Shown here piece after piece: positions 1 to 12,372 of a DNA stretch of 64,000 nt. Each line of letters starts with the position of its first letter. The stretch's first letter is position 1. The position numbers and the translations under genes are program-made. Location: contig OZ237749.1 in NCBI GenBank assembly GCA_965178125.1, forward strand, positions 372,001 through 436,000, given 5' to 3'. Under the pieces are notes generated by a model that saw nothing but the letters and a program-made list of their open reading frames with translations, did not search any database and was not told the DNA's origin. Origin of the DNA: Bilabrum cf. latius. Taxonomy: Eukaryota.

Positions 1-3000
1 CCCCGGTCTCGTCGGAAGCTTTCAGGGCACCACCGCCGGCGGCGCTGGGTGGAGGTTGCAGCCCCCGGCGCGTCCCAGCCTTGGCTTGCAGGGAGCCAGA
101 GGGACTTGAAGCTGTGCCCCCACCTGTCTTGGCATCAAGCTTTCCGCTGCTACTCGCAGACCTGTCTGCCAGTCCAGCGGTGAGGCCTGCACGTAGACCG
201 AAGCGGTCCTTGGACCTCGACTGTTCCAAGCGACGGCGCAGCTCCTGCTCCTGTTTCTTGGCCCTCTGCTTCTTGCCCATGCCCGGGCGGCGCACCTTGG
301 TTCTAGCTCGCTTGGCGCTGCGCACGGCCTCGGTTGCAATCTCCATCGCAGCCTCCATGCGGCCTGCAGCTGCAGTGCCCGGCTGAAACACGTCGAACGC
401 GTCTGCTTCCACCTCTTCCCGCACCATGTCAAGGCGCGACTCGCACTGCTCAAGACGCACGACAGCACCCTGCTCCGTCGAACGCATCGACTGGGCCTTG
501 GAGCGAGCCCCCTCTCGCAACATCTTTAGTACCTCTGCAGAAGCCTTGCTCCACTGCTCGCAGCCTTCGGATAGCTTCCTGAGGTGCGCCACCGACTCTT
601 GGTACTCTTGCATGCGGTTCTTCCTCTCTGTCATTGGAACGAATGCGATCACAGAGGCGCGCCTGCCACGGCGTCGCCTCGGCGGGGACGATGAGCGCGG
701 GCCCGAGAGCGCCATGCCGCCAGCCTTGCCGAATCCATGACCCGCGCCGCCGCCGCCATTACGCTCCAATGCGTGGGCAGCGGCAGCCGCAGCACCAGGT
801 CGGCGGCCCTCCGCCGCTAGCACTGCCACAAAGTGTGCCTCTGCCGCCGCAGCGCGTGCTCTCCTTGCCTCCGCGATGTCCTTCTGCGCCTGTGCTACGC
901 GCTCTCTCCACTTGTCTGGAGTTGCCAGCGCCTCGCGGATCTTGCCCCTGTCGGGGGCATCGCTCATGGCGCGGCTTCTGCTGCCGCCGCTCTTGGCAGC
1001 CGCCGCGCGGCCGACCGCCTGCAAGAGGCCGGATTTTACCGCCTCCTCGAAGGCATGGGTGGCTCTCTCAGTGTCCCTGGCCGCGCGGTTGATCTTCTCT
1101 TCTGCTGTTTCCGCGTCGCTCTTCAGCCTCTGAAGCTCAAGGAACAGTTCTGCCCGTCTGCTCTCCACCTCTTCGGTGTGGGCAGTCACCGCCTCCTCCG
1201 CCTCGAAGACGTCCTCTAGCGCGCGATCGAGGGCCTGCTTCAGCCTAGCGAGTGCGTCTTTCTCGTGCGAGGTGACCGCAGGGGTGATGCTGGCCCTGGA
1301 GGCATCGTCCCCAAGCCCTACAGGCGACTCTCCGGGAGGAGGTGCGCCCAAGTGAACAGCGTTATGCTGCGTACGCTCGGCCTGCACAACGGCCTTCTCG
1401 GCCTTGTACTCTGCCTCGAGCTCCGCCTCTTGCTGTGCCTCGAGGACAGCGCGCGCCAGCTCCCTCTCAGGCATCTCTGCCGTGGTCACGCTCCGAGCCG
1501 CAGTGTTCAGCGCGGTCACGGCGGTGGCACCGGCTTCCTTCAGGCGATCGTAGCGCTGAAACTGCGTGACTAGCCTCCGCCTGCACAGCGACATGGTCTG
1601 CGCGGTGCGCAAAAGTTCTATCCTGTGCTGCAGCCTGCCGTACAACACCTCGGCCCGGGCCACTGCGTCCACGGCTGGCGGCACTGACGCCATAAATTCC
1701 TGCTGCAAGGCCCTGTCGAGAGCGCCTGCGCCAGCTAAGCCAGTCATCTTCTCGATGCTGCGGGTACGGGCGAGGCCCCCGGAGCCGGAGAGCCCGCCCG
1801 TGCTGAGCTGTCCTCCTCCTCCCGATCCACCGCTCGCCTTGCTGCTCCCGTCATCATCACCGTCCCCGCCGTTGGCAGCGACATCCCCATCGCCGAATCC
1901 AAGCCCGCCGGACCTGCCCCCAGAGATACCCACCTCTTCCTCGGCCAGCTGCACGGTGGCCATCACGAGGTCGATGTCATCGTCCTCGTCGCTCCACTCT
2001 GTGCCCTGGTCGCTGTCTTTCTCGAAGAGCTGAGCCTGCACCATCTCAGCCGCATCCACGGCGGCTTCCGCAGCATCTACTCTGGCGACGAGCAGCTGAA
2101 TGTGCCGCTCAAGCGAGAGAACAACTGCCGGATGCGAGCCCTCCACCAGCCCCTGCCCCTCTTCCTCGGCGGTTCGGATGACCTCCAAGGCGGCCTCCCT
2201 TCCCTTTCTCCTCGCCTCTTTGTGGGCCGCGAGGCTCTCGCTCGCGGATCGCGCGATGGAATTGGCCCGTCCTCTCTCCTGCTTCAGCCTCGACATCAGG
2301 TCCTCCATGGGACGGTTCTCGGTTGCCATGGATTCCACGCGGTCCCTTGTCACAACGTGCGAGACGCTGGTGGCGCGCATACCCGTGGAGGCAGAGATAG
2401 CCGTGGCGGCGGACGCGCCCGACCTCCGCTCTACGCTGGAGGAACGTTCCTTTTCTTCCTTGTCGATGCCTTTCTGAGCCAGCTGGTTCAGCGCGTCTCG
2501 CTCCGCCCTGTCCTCCGCCATGGCGGCGCGGTTGGCGATCTCAAAGACAGGGCACGGGGCCGGGTTTCTCTTGGTCGGGTTCTCCTTCCGCACGTCGTCG
2601 CGCCTGTGACGGAGCTTCGAGAGCTGAACGGATACCCTGGCCAGCGCCGCGGAGGCCCCAGCGAGCGTTTGGAGCTCCATGTTGGTCTGGTGCAGCTGCA
2701 GCCTCCTGTGGTGCTCCTGCATCCTGGCGGTGCGGCTGGCCTGCTCTTCGGAAGTCAGCTTTCCCTGCATGATGTCTTCGATCGTCCTGGCGCGAGCACT
2801 GGCCTGGTACCCCCTCCTCAGGACGGAATCCGACCGCCCTCGCGTCATTACATCCAGTTCGCTGGGCAGCTGCGGGATCTCTTGACCTCCGCCGTTCGAG
2901 AATGAGCTGACGGAAGGCATGGACGAAGCTACGGTCGCGCCAGTGGCGGAGGGTTTGCTATCGCTGCCTGCCCCCGCGGCAGCTGCGCCGCTAGAATCGC

Positions 3001-4315
3001 TCTTGAGTCGAATGGGAGACGGGGTGCGGTTTCGGTCGGGCAGCTGCCCCGCTCTCGTCTCGCCCCTTGACCCGGCGATGCTGCTGCGCATGACACCTGC
3101 GGCCTCCTGCTCCTTTTGCCTGCGCCTTCTCTCGGCTTGTTCCCTGCGCCTGGCTCGCCGAAGGTTCCTTCGCTTGAGCCTTTCTTCCAGGGATAGCCTC
3201 TGCTTGAGCGCCTCCTGCTCGTGGGCGTGCTCGGTCACAGCGAGGCCCGCCTGGTATGTCGCCTTGAGCCTGCGTGCCTCTAGGTCGGGCTGGACATTGG
3301 TCTTCGTCTTCTCGCTGATCACGGACTGGGCCGTTTCCGATAGAACGGAGCCGGCGCGGGATCGAGTCCTGTCAAGGATGGAGGGGCTCATGGGGCCGCC
3401 CGAGCCCAGCCGCGGCGTGAAGCCGCCCCCGCCGGCGCGAGGGCCAGGCCTCGGCTTGGAGCTCACCGAGGCGGAGACCTCGTCGCCGGGGTCTTCTTCT
3501 TCTAATTGTGTCCCAACGGTGGTGTCGATGGAGGCGTGGGTGTCGTGCGCGGCGCCGTTCTCGCTTCCGCTGGGCTATCGACCGCTTCCGGAAGCCGCGA
3601 ATTCTTTCGCAACTCGCCGTCGCGCTCGAGCCTCCACCTCCTCCAGCTGCTTCTGGTAGTCCGCGAGCCTCTGCTTGGCCTCGTGTTTTGCTCGCCTGCT
3701 CGCCTTGTTGCGCTGCAGTGAGGCATCCAAGGCGTCTGCTTGCCTTCGAAACTCGCGGTCCACGGTCGTGAGGCCTAGCGAAAGCTGTCGCTCAAGCTCT
3801 CGCTGCAGCTGTCCCTTATCATCATCAGCCGAATGATGTTTGCCATCGCTGCCCCGGCTCGCAAGGGCTTCCTTCCAAGCTGTGGAAGCCACATCGTGGT
3901 CTACGATCGCAATCCGGTGGCCCAGGCTACCCGATCCGGACTTTGGGGATTCTTTCACGCGCGGTGCAAGTTTTGATCCACCTACTGCTCTGCTTGAAGT
4001 CTTCTAGGTTCGCGGGGATGGCCGACCGTTCTGGCTGGCCTGCGGTGGTTTGGGCGATATTCCGACTTGCTACCCGAGTGGAGTACCCCTGCCAGCGCCA
4101 GAGCTGCCTGAACTAGTATTGATATCTGATTGCTTGCTGTCGGAGTCCCCCATCGTACTGGCATTTGGGTCTGTGGATGCAGACTCTCTCAGCTGCCCAA
4201 GCAAGCTCCGCTTTGACGCTAGCTTCTTCACCTCCCTCTTGTGGGCGACTTTTCGCTCGGCTAGACGCTTCCGAACAGACTCAGATCTAGACAGAGGGGG
4301 TGCCGGCCTTGACAT
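1..4315 (-). CDS. Large uncharacterised coiled-coil / low-complexity protein, 3' end beyond the window (>1430 aa, TAG read as sense)
   Basis: Track ORFs 4070..4315 and 3575..3958 share a frame and are separated only by TAG. After the TAG at 3575-3577 the frame stays open to position 1, with E/R/A/K-rich heptad-like segments. The start is uncertain because there is an in-frame TGA upstream at about 4352. Confidence 0.75.
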
Positions 4316-4905
4316 GCCTTCAGCAATAACTGGCTACGCTAGCAGCGACAGTCACCGGAAAGCTCTCGAGTGGAATGCTGCAATGCTCCTTTCACTGCCA
4401 GAAGGGGGAGCTTCAACCGGCGGTCTGATTCAAGAAGTACTGTTTGTATCCAGCGAGAGTATCCTTGGCCGAGGAGGCAGCAAATTGCAGCCGTCAACTC
4501 GCCCCAATCTTGTGGCCGCCGATGCATTGTCGGAGTCGGCAGTTGGTCGCAAACTATCTGGCAGTCACGGTGCGGGGGATCGAAGCCTGAGGTGCTGTCG
4601 AGTATGAGATTGGCTCATCCAGCAATGCTTGCGCCCAGCAGGTATGCGCGTCCGCGCATTTCCACTACCGCCGCGGCTCCATTCGCGAAAGCCGTGCTGG
4701 ACGTTTGCTTGGCTCAGTGTAATTGAAAATTTGCATGTCTTGCTGAATGCGCGGCGCCATAGCGAGACTGATTTGCGGAACTCAATTGCTCCACGCTGAG
4801 ATTAAATTTTCTGCCATAGTGTTGCGAGCAAACGCGAAAACGAAACCATCACTATAATATTTTGTGCCCCGAGCACCTTCATCCCTCCCTGCTTGCTGGC
4901 TACGA

Positions 4906-6150
4906 ATGTGGTTGCTATTGACGGTTCAAGTTGCTGTTGCAGCTGCAACTTCTTTGCGTCAGCAGCCCGGGCCTTGGCCCAACTGTTCACATGCAGGCTT
5001 ACCAAAGCAATCAATGTATGCTATCAAAGTACTCGACCGATACGCAGCGGCTACGCTCGGAAGTTAGGCGCTCATCTCGATGCAGAACGGCAGCAGCGCG
5101 TTCAATTTCTCTTTCAATGCGGCTTGGTTTCCGTCTCCGAGAAGCAATGATCTGAGCAGAGATGCAGGAGGCGGACTCATTGTTCGGGCTGTAGAATGCA
5201 ACCCTAATCACCACCCATGCCCCAAAGCAAAGCACCCGGAATGGTCCAACGCAGGTGCACTCGCGGCAGTCAACGCAAGCTTTGACCAAGAGGTACCCAA
5301 AGCTGGGTTCGTGGGGCAACACAGCATATTTTGGGCAGGAGTTCCTCCTCCGCCATCTTCCAATTAGAGCCGATGGGGCGCTGCCGACCCCAGAATCAGG
5401 TATCGGCCGAGCAACGGCGTGTACTACTTGACGTGGGACAACTGCACGCGCAACTGCTACCCCACCCGCTCGACCATGCTGTCAACGACGAGAACTCCTA
5501 TGATTCACGATTCGTGGACCTTTCATGGCCCACTGCTTCCTGGAGAATACACGGGAGGCGCTGCCCTCCTGTTCCGAGACGAGCACGAGCAGGATTCGGA
5601 ACATTTTGTCAGTGGCAAGCAGCAGCAGCTGCGGGTGGAAGCGCATAGCAAGCACCTGGCATTCGTTTCTGATTCTAATACGGCCCATGCTATCCTCCTA
5701 GCCGAGTCATCTGACGGAATCCACTGGGAGCTGGCCAGCGACCCTGCCCAGCGCACGTTCATGGAAGGTAGGAGGGGCTGCTGGGACGTGTCGGGGGTCG
5801 CACCCGGGCCCCAGCCGGAGAGGCTGAGCACCGGTGACTACTTCATGGTGTACAACATCGACACGGGGTTTCCGTGGAAGGGGAATCCGCTCGGGCGGTG
5901 CGCTGTGGGGTGGGCGATTCTAGACGGGTAGGACCCAACTCGTATCGTGGCTCGCTCGGACGGCCCCATGCTGCTCGCATAGGCGCCATGGGAGCAGTGT
6001 CTGTAGGAGACGTATGCTTGCCAGGAGACAATGGTGGTGTTCTCCACCGGGATGAAGCCGCTCGGAGGGGACGAGTTCATGGTAGTGTACGGAGGCGGTG
6101 ACACGGACGTTGGGATCGCCAAGGTTAAGGTTGAAATAGACAGCATTTAA
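4906..6150 (+). CDS. Secreted GH130-like (five-bladed beta-propeller) glycosidase/phosphorylase, about 414 aa
   Basis: Starts with signal-peptide-like MWLLLTVQVAVAAA. Motifs WGAADPRI..YYLTWD, GVAPGPQP.RLSTGDYFMVYN, VGWAILDG.DPTRIVARS and VVF..G....GDEFMVVYGGGDTDVG. There are five in-frame TAGs (5065, 5365, 5929, 5980, 6004). Ends at TAA 6148-6150. Confidence 0.75.
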
Positions 6151-6428
6151 GCAGTCAGGGCGGGCTAATCGTGTTTTTCAGTCCATTCCGCAGGGTAGTC
6201 TATTGGTGTATTTAATGTGCGCTTTGCGCCATTTGCCTGCTCAACGCTGTGTTGCAGCGGCTGTAATCAACGGTGTGCCCTTGAGTCATAAATGGGCAGT
6301 CCAAAGATGGTTTCGCTTGGAATAAATGCCTGCTGGCCGATCTGTATAGCTGAAGCATCAAACATTTATTGGGTCGCCATTTGGCCTTGGTCTGACGTAG
6401 TTTTAGCTATCGGGAGAAACGGGGGCGC

Positions 6429-6530
6429 GGCTGGCCGCCACTGGCCGCCACTGGCCGCCAGAATACCAGAATAATTTGTAGGGTAAAGCCGCCAGAATAC
6501 CAGAATACCAGAATAATTTGTAGGGTAAAG
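6429..6530 (+). repeat. Nested tandem duplications: GGCCGCCACT about 3 times, then two copies of CCGCCAGAATACCAGAATAATTTGTAGGGTAAAG (second copy with an extra CCAGAATA)
   Basis: Directly visible in the sequence. Confidence 0.9.
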
Positions 6531-6545
6531 AAACCACACAAAGTA

Positions 6546-7037
6546 ATGTGCAACCACGAATGGCGAGAGCGAGTTGGGCCAGAGCAGAGCAAGAGCGTGG
6601 ACGCACAGGTCAGGACGTGGGCCAGGCGCATCACGATGAGTTTGGCAACGACACGGGCGAAGTACATGAACGATTATTACAAACATGTTCAGCTGGTTAC
6701 TACGCGCCGTGCCATTGCCGAGGAGGAGAAGAGGAGGGAGGACGCAGAGAGAGCGGAACAGCAACAGGAAGCAGCAGCAGTGGCAGCGGCAGGTGAGGCG
6801 GCAGAGGCCGCAGCACTCGCAGCAGTCGTTGAACAGACCGAAGCTGAAGCCGACCAGCAGCAGGAAGAATTGCCGGTCGCACTCAACCTGCAGGGCGGAA
6901 TCCGGGGAGGAGCAGTCGCAGCTGCTGACCCTGGCGAAGCACCTCCTCAAGAGATCGAGCCCGAGGATCCAGGAGCTCCAGCTGCAGCACAACCCCACCA
7001 CGGCGGGGTATAGGTGCTTCTGGATCATCCTGAGTGA
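6546..7037 (+). other. Short ORF, possibly the C-terminal remnant of another retroelement or an orphan gene
   Basis: The 155-aa ORF extends through the TAG at 7011 to TGA at 7035-7037. WARRITMSLATTRAKYM loosely resembles the C-terminal helix of RLE-type non-LTR proteins. It is preceded by rearranged tandem repeats. Confidence 0.3.
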
Positions 7038-7348
7038 ACTCGGGAGTCTCGATGAGTACCACAGAGATTAAGTGTTGGACGAGGGTCCGATGCGAGATCT
7101 CGAAGGTGACGATGATGATTGAATGTAACGATACGACTTTTCACGAATGGCTGTCACACCCCCAAGGTGGGGCCATCAAAGATGACCTCAGAGAACAACG
7201 CGATCAAAAGACCCGCAGCCCCCCCCCTAGAGCAAAGGCCAAAGCCTCAAAAGAAAGCAAAAGAAAGAAGAACCCCTCGTCCCAAAGAGGATTTCCGAAA
7301 CATCATGGTGCTACACATACCGAGACGATCACCCTGAGACTCAGCCAC

Positions 7349-10300
7349 TCATCCACCAAAGGACCAGAGGGAAGGAGAGTGAGCCCGAGCCATCCTCGTA
7401 AGGACAGCCGGACCGTCGACACATGCCATCCGCCACCAGCGGGACGTCCATGTACGACGTAGCTACTCCCTTTCACGCAAGACACAGCGAAGCGAAGTCG
7501 CCATCTCACGCGCCCAGATCCTCTCAAGAGTATGCATGAGCCCTCTAGGGCGAGCCACACGATGTCCCCTGCGATCCTGAGCTCGCATTGCAGCATACAG
7601 GTCATCCGATGAGCTCGCAGTCCAGCCTCGCACCGAGGCCCCAGTCCACCACCTGCAGGCAGTCCAGGACGGAAACGTTCTGATCTTTACACTCAGCTCA
7701 TCAACCACCAGTGTCGCAAGCCGTACCAATCCAACAGAGGCGCTAGAGCGGGCAATTGCTCGGCGCATCTTGGGAATGGTTCGCTCAGCAGCAGCGACTC
7801 CACGCCTGTCCTGCTCCAGAGGTTGTGGGTGAGGTTCAAGACGTAGGCCATGGTCCGCCCATGCCTTCCTTATCTTGCCCTTCTCCTCTGAAGTTCGACT
7901 GGCCCAGTCACCGGAGACCCACTCTGCCTGAAGACCACGTGACTGCAGCGATGACTCTCGGCGAGTCATCTCCACAGCCACCTTGTCAGTCAGCTCTGGA
8001 GTAGGGGAACAGGAACGAGGGTAAATACCCGCACGAACACGAAGGATCAATCGCCCGTCGGAGCCACGCAGTTGCAGTGCTGCAGTGGTAGGCAGTGAAC
8101 CAGGGCCGAACACCCCATCAACCTGACCATGGTACTGGTCCAGTGACACTGTCTGTTCTGCATTCTGCTGCCTGATTGCGCTCGCCAGGACGTAACCGGA
8201 GTGGCATCCAGGGCTCAAGTTCCTGAAAGACCTGATGCTAGAAGCAGACTTCGACGAGTGCCAACGGCGCACCGCTCGATTCAGCTCCTTCTCACCCAGC
8301 CAAGTCACTCCGTTGTCAACAGATACTCCATTGTCATGAAGGTGAAGCCTGAGAGACGCCGCAGCACTAAGAGGTCCCTGCTGCGACATCTACTGGCACA
8401 TGTATGCAGTCCGGATGTAGTGAGATACCACTGGTAGACCCCTCCTATCTGGGGCTCGCATGAGCTCAAAGAGGTCCCGTGCGGTCCTTCCGGCAGCACT
8501 CGCAAGCCATACCTCAGAATCCAACGCCACTTTCGGCAAGCGACGTCCTTCGACGGCAAATGGCATACGGTCAGCCATTCCAGTGGCCAGCATCCACCTC
8601 ATGCGTGCCAGGAAACGGTCCACTACACTCAGCACAGCTGCATTCATGATCACGCCGTAGTTCACAGAGATCCGCTGTTCCAGACCTCGGAAGCGTTCCC
8701 AGCCAGTGGCGCATCCAGCAGCACCAATGCCATAGAGCGCGCTTGTGAGCGCTCCAGAATAGAGAATCTGGGAGTGTAGACGAACCGACCAATCACAGTC
8801 AACTGCAGCGCGGGTTATGATGGACGCTTGTTGCATCGCCATTGCCACCCTTCGCCGAACGTGGGGGACCATGTCAATGGCTATCACGTCCCTCTCTTCG
8901 TAGCCGGGCCCAAGCTCTGCTGCTGTGGCATGGATCCTCGTCGTCGATATCAGCAACCCTAGATACACATACGACTTCGCGCGGGGAACGGTCCATGTCT
9001 GTTCTACCCATGATGGGTTCACTTCCGTGGCTGTACACGCGATATCGTCGTCCCACCCACGGGGAAAGGAGTCGGCTGCAAGTCCAAACGGCATCATGGC
9101 AGTCTTCTTCGCGAGCCCTGATGGACTCACTGGTCGAAATCCAAGCTCAAGCCCGGCCAGTTCGAACAGCTCAGTGACGACCGCGACCACCTGACAGGCC
9201 TCCGTCCATGTCGTTGCTGCCGCTACATAGTCATCTGCATAGCCGCACTGTCCCCAAGGAGTACCTCTACATCCTGGTGACGGTTGTAGTACATGAGAGT
9301 GTCCCAAATCTGAGCGCTCTCTCGCAATGGCCTCGAGGAGGACCCCCATGAAGACGAGGAAGAGCGCCGGTGAGAGTACTTCTCCTTGCGGGGTCCCAGC
9401 CTCCTTCTGGATTGGCCTGGATGTCTTACCAGTTGCTGAGTCCCTGATCCGGACCGAGACCTTCAGTCGTGACAGAAGGAAACCAGTTGCCTGATCTCCC
9501 CAGCCCTGAGCCTTCATGATCGCTTCCATGATATTCCACTGACAGCTGTCAAAAGCACCCTTCACATCAAAGAAGATAAGGACCCCGCCGTCTAGTCCAC
9601 GCTGTCGGACCCACTCAAGCACGGTGCAGTAAGCTTGCTAGCAGTTCTTGCCAACCCGAAACCCAGCTTGGTCGAGGCCGAAGAGTCCATGCTGTTCACA
9701 GTACTCAACGACCTTAGCGTTTGCTACAAGACTGATTGTCTTCGAGAGCACCGAAGCGTAGCAGATAGGTCTGAACTCGTCCACCTTGGGGCTCTGGCCA
9801 GGTCGTGGGTTCTTTGCAACTGGGCGCATGAATGCTGCCTGGAAAACCTCTGGCTAGACCCCGGTCCGCAACATGAGGTTGTAGATCCCACGCAGCAAGT
9901 GGAGTACAACTGCCGGCCGTTTGGATCCTGAGGATTCATGCGGAGCTGCCCTACATCTCTTCAGCAGGGACGGATTGATGTTGTCCGGGCCTGTGGCTTT
10001 GTTCTCGCCAACCACATCGATGGCAGCATCGATCTCACGTACACTGCGGCACCACAGGTTCAGTTCTCGTGATGCTCTAGGCATGCTGCGTTGCACTCTG
10101 AGAATGAACTCTGTCGGGTCGATCTCCCTCCGGCGTGAGCTGTTCTCGAACTAGTCTGCATGCGCCTCAAGAATGCCGTCAAGGGTGGTGACTGGAGTTC
10201 CGTTCCGTAACACAATCGCCTCTAATCCACTGATGGCCTTGCAGGTCACCTGACGGGCTCTGTCAAGCTGCTCGCGGATGACACGGTACGCCCATCAAAT

Positions 10301-10765
10301 AGGGCATGTGTCTAGCTGTTGCCGGAGGACTTCGCCATTGACTCGTGCTCCTTGGGCACCAACATCCGAAGTAGCCTGCAGGTCTGACAGAACATCACGA
10401 CGGAGGGTTTCTCTTGATTCAGGGTGCTGAAGGGTCTGCGGGTGGATGTCTCCATCACTCCAGGCCGTACTACGGAAGATCCGACCAAGAGCTTCTTTCA
10501 GCTTAGCCAATTTCAGTCCGCGACGTCGTAGTGAGGCAGCGGCTTTACTTAGGCTTCGCACATCCGGTCGGGACGCAGCACACATGTCCAGAAAATGGTT
10601 GGCCGCTGCAATCCATCCAGCCAAGAGGGTCTTGTTCTTACTCCGACTCTTCTTGTTTCGTAGCTTGCCAGGCCTGCCTCGTCTGCGTCGACTACTCGAG
10701 CCAAAAGCAGGGCTGGTTGTAACTGATTCCACGAATGCAGAGCAGACCTCACAAGATTGGGGCCC
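7349..10765 (-). pseudogene. Reverse-transcriptase ORF of the retrotransposon
   Basis: Track ORFs 10295..10732, 9854..10096, 9638..9829, 8390..9622 and 7463..8389 are all in one frame. The junctions are TAG (10151, 9854, 9638, 8390, 7463) except for one TGA at 10295-10297. The frame ends at TGA 7349-7351. Confidence 0.8.
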
Positions 10766-11985
10766 TCAGAAATTATGTAAATTGACATTAAGTAAATTAA
10801 GTAAATTAAGGGCCGAAACACATATATATGTACAAATTATGGTCTTAATATGAATATCTATGGATATTTTGATCACGTAGCACCCGCAACAGGCAAATCC
10901 GCGGACTCCTGAGCTCCAGTGGCCGCACCATCTGTGTCGATCTCGACGTCGCCAAGGCCAAGTTGGCACCATTCGTCCTGCTCACGTATACCTCCACCAT
11001 CTAGAACCTTACGCAGGTCTTCTCGCATCTCCGGTGCTTTTGCACGAAGTCCGCTGCGCGACATCCATCTCGATGCCCAGTCTTCGATGAATGTCGTCGG
11101 GTTTGCCCGAAGTAGCATGACATCCTGGACTGTACTGATGCGTCGGCTTCCCTGCCGCTGATTGCTGCACACAGCAGCGAGCATGGAAAACTTTCTTTCC
11201 ATGTTCGAGCTGTTGAGGCGTAGGTTGGCAACACGGCGGCGAGAGCTTGCTGTCGCAGCAGCAGCGCTGTCTAGGATTTTTCATCACCATGACCACCCAC
11301 GACCTCCTTGCAAGGCAAAACAGGCTTTCCGTCAGAGTCATACTTGACATTCAACCATTTCTCCTTCGCTAATTTGCGGTCATCGTCCATCATCGCTTCA
11401 AGTTCGGCTTTGAGGGCTGCTGCGGTTAGCGGGATGCACTTCTCTGCTAACTTCTCATAGTGAGATATGAGGTCCCTATAACTAGGCCCCGCAGCCTTCT
11501 ATGAACCATTGGAGACACTAGTGCGCGATTTAACTCTTCTGGAAGTGGTTTTAGGTGCCCGCCGGGACCGTTTCATGCCTGCCACGTAGCCTGCGCGAAG
11601 TGCAACTGACCAATACGCACAAAAAAAATCATCCAATTAAAAAACAAAGGGCACCAATGAGTTTATCTACTTAATTACAAACTAACGTTGCATAAATTTA
11701 TACTCGTAATATCCTCCTTAATGGTTTTTCGGAGCCTCGATTTACTTAATGGCTTCGGCGAAAATTAACTAAATCTGATTTTCTGTTTTGTAAGGTCTGA
11801 TGCAGAGTGGAAGATCTCTCGGAGTGAGCAGACGGACTGCTGAAGCAGGTCGTGGACATGATCGTTCTGATGCGGGTCATACTCTCCTAGGTTCCGGATC
11901 GTCATGTTGATTTCATCAGATAGGCGCCAGAGCTAGGCAGATGACATCCTCACCAATTCAGAGTATCTAGCCCAGATTGTATCTC
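7349..11985 (-). mobile_element. Degenerate, probably 5'-truncated non-LTR (LINE-like) retrotransposon
   Basis: RT motifs KATGPDNI, FRPICYASVLSK, QAGFRVGKNC, LIFFDVKGAFDSC, GTPQGEVLSPALF, YADD and YVYLG. The upstream coding part is broken by an in-frame TGA (10295), an apparent frameshift near 11250 and two AT-rich insertions. No endonuclease domain was recognised. Boundaries are approximate. Confidence 0.85.
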
Positions 11986-12372
11986 CCGCTGAAATACAGA
12001 AATACAGAAATACATTGTTGGGTTAAGTTACCGAACCCGCCACAGATGCACCATATCTCAGGTGATCACCTGCAGCGGTAGGAGCCCTCATAAGAGGACT
12101 ACAAGACCCCCGACCGCTGACGGGGCAACTTTGAAACGTGTACTTTGATCCACAAACCAGACCCGAACCGTCGGGTCGCCAATTGTACCATTGGAATCGG
12201 CGGCACAGCGTGAGTAAAGTATGAATTGCAGCCGGGTTTATTGTAATTACAATATAATTCTGACTTCTGGTCGGTTATAGGCGCTGAATGTCTTGTTAAT
12301 GGGAGTACTTGGGCTGCCCGATTCTATCGTTCGTTTGCAGGTACTTTCTTAGGAAAAGGCCAAGCACGCGTA

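Noticed and set aside
6460-6530. CRISPR-like direct repeat
   Set aside because: Only two adjacent copies with no spacer, in a eukaryotic context. It is a simple tandem duplication.
10295-10297. In-frame TGA in the RT ORF as a second recoding event (Sec or Trp)
   Set aside because: It is a single case in an element that also has a frameshift and insertions. A nonsense mutation such as CGA>TGA is the simpler explanation.
7349-11985. LTR or tyrosine-recombinase (DIRS/Ngaro) retrotransposon, or a group II intron
   Set aside because: The RT motifs (GPD, PQG..LSP.LF, YADD, YLG) fit the non-LTR type. I saw no LTRs, integrase, recombinase or intron domain V.
12112-12155. Hammerhead ribozyme (CTGACGG...GAAAC)
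   Set aside because: The core deviates from CUGANGA, stem II pairs poorly, and there is no matching stem III or NUH site.
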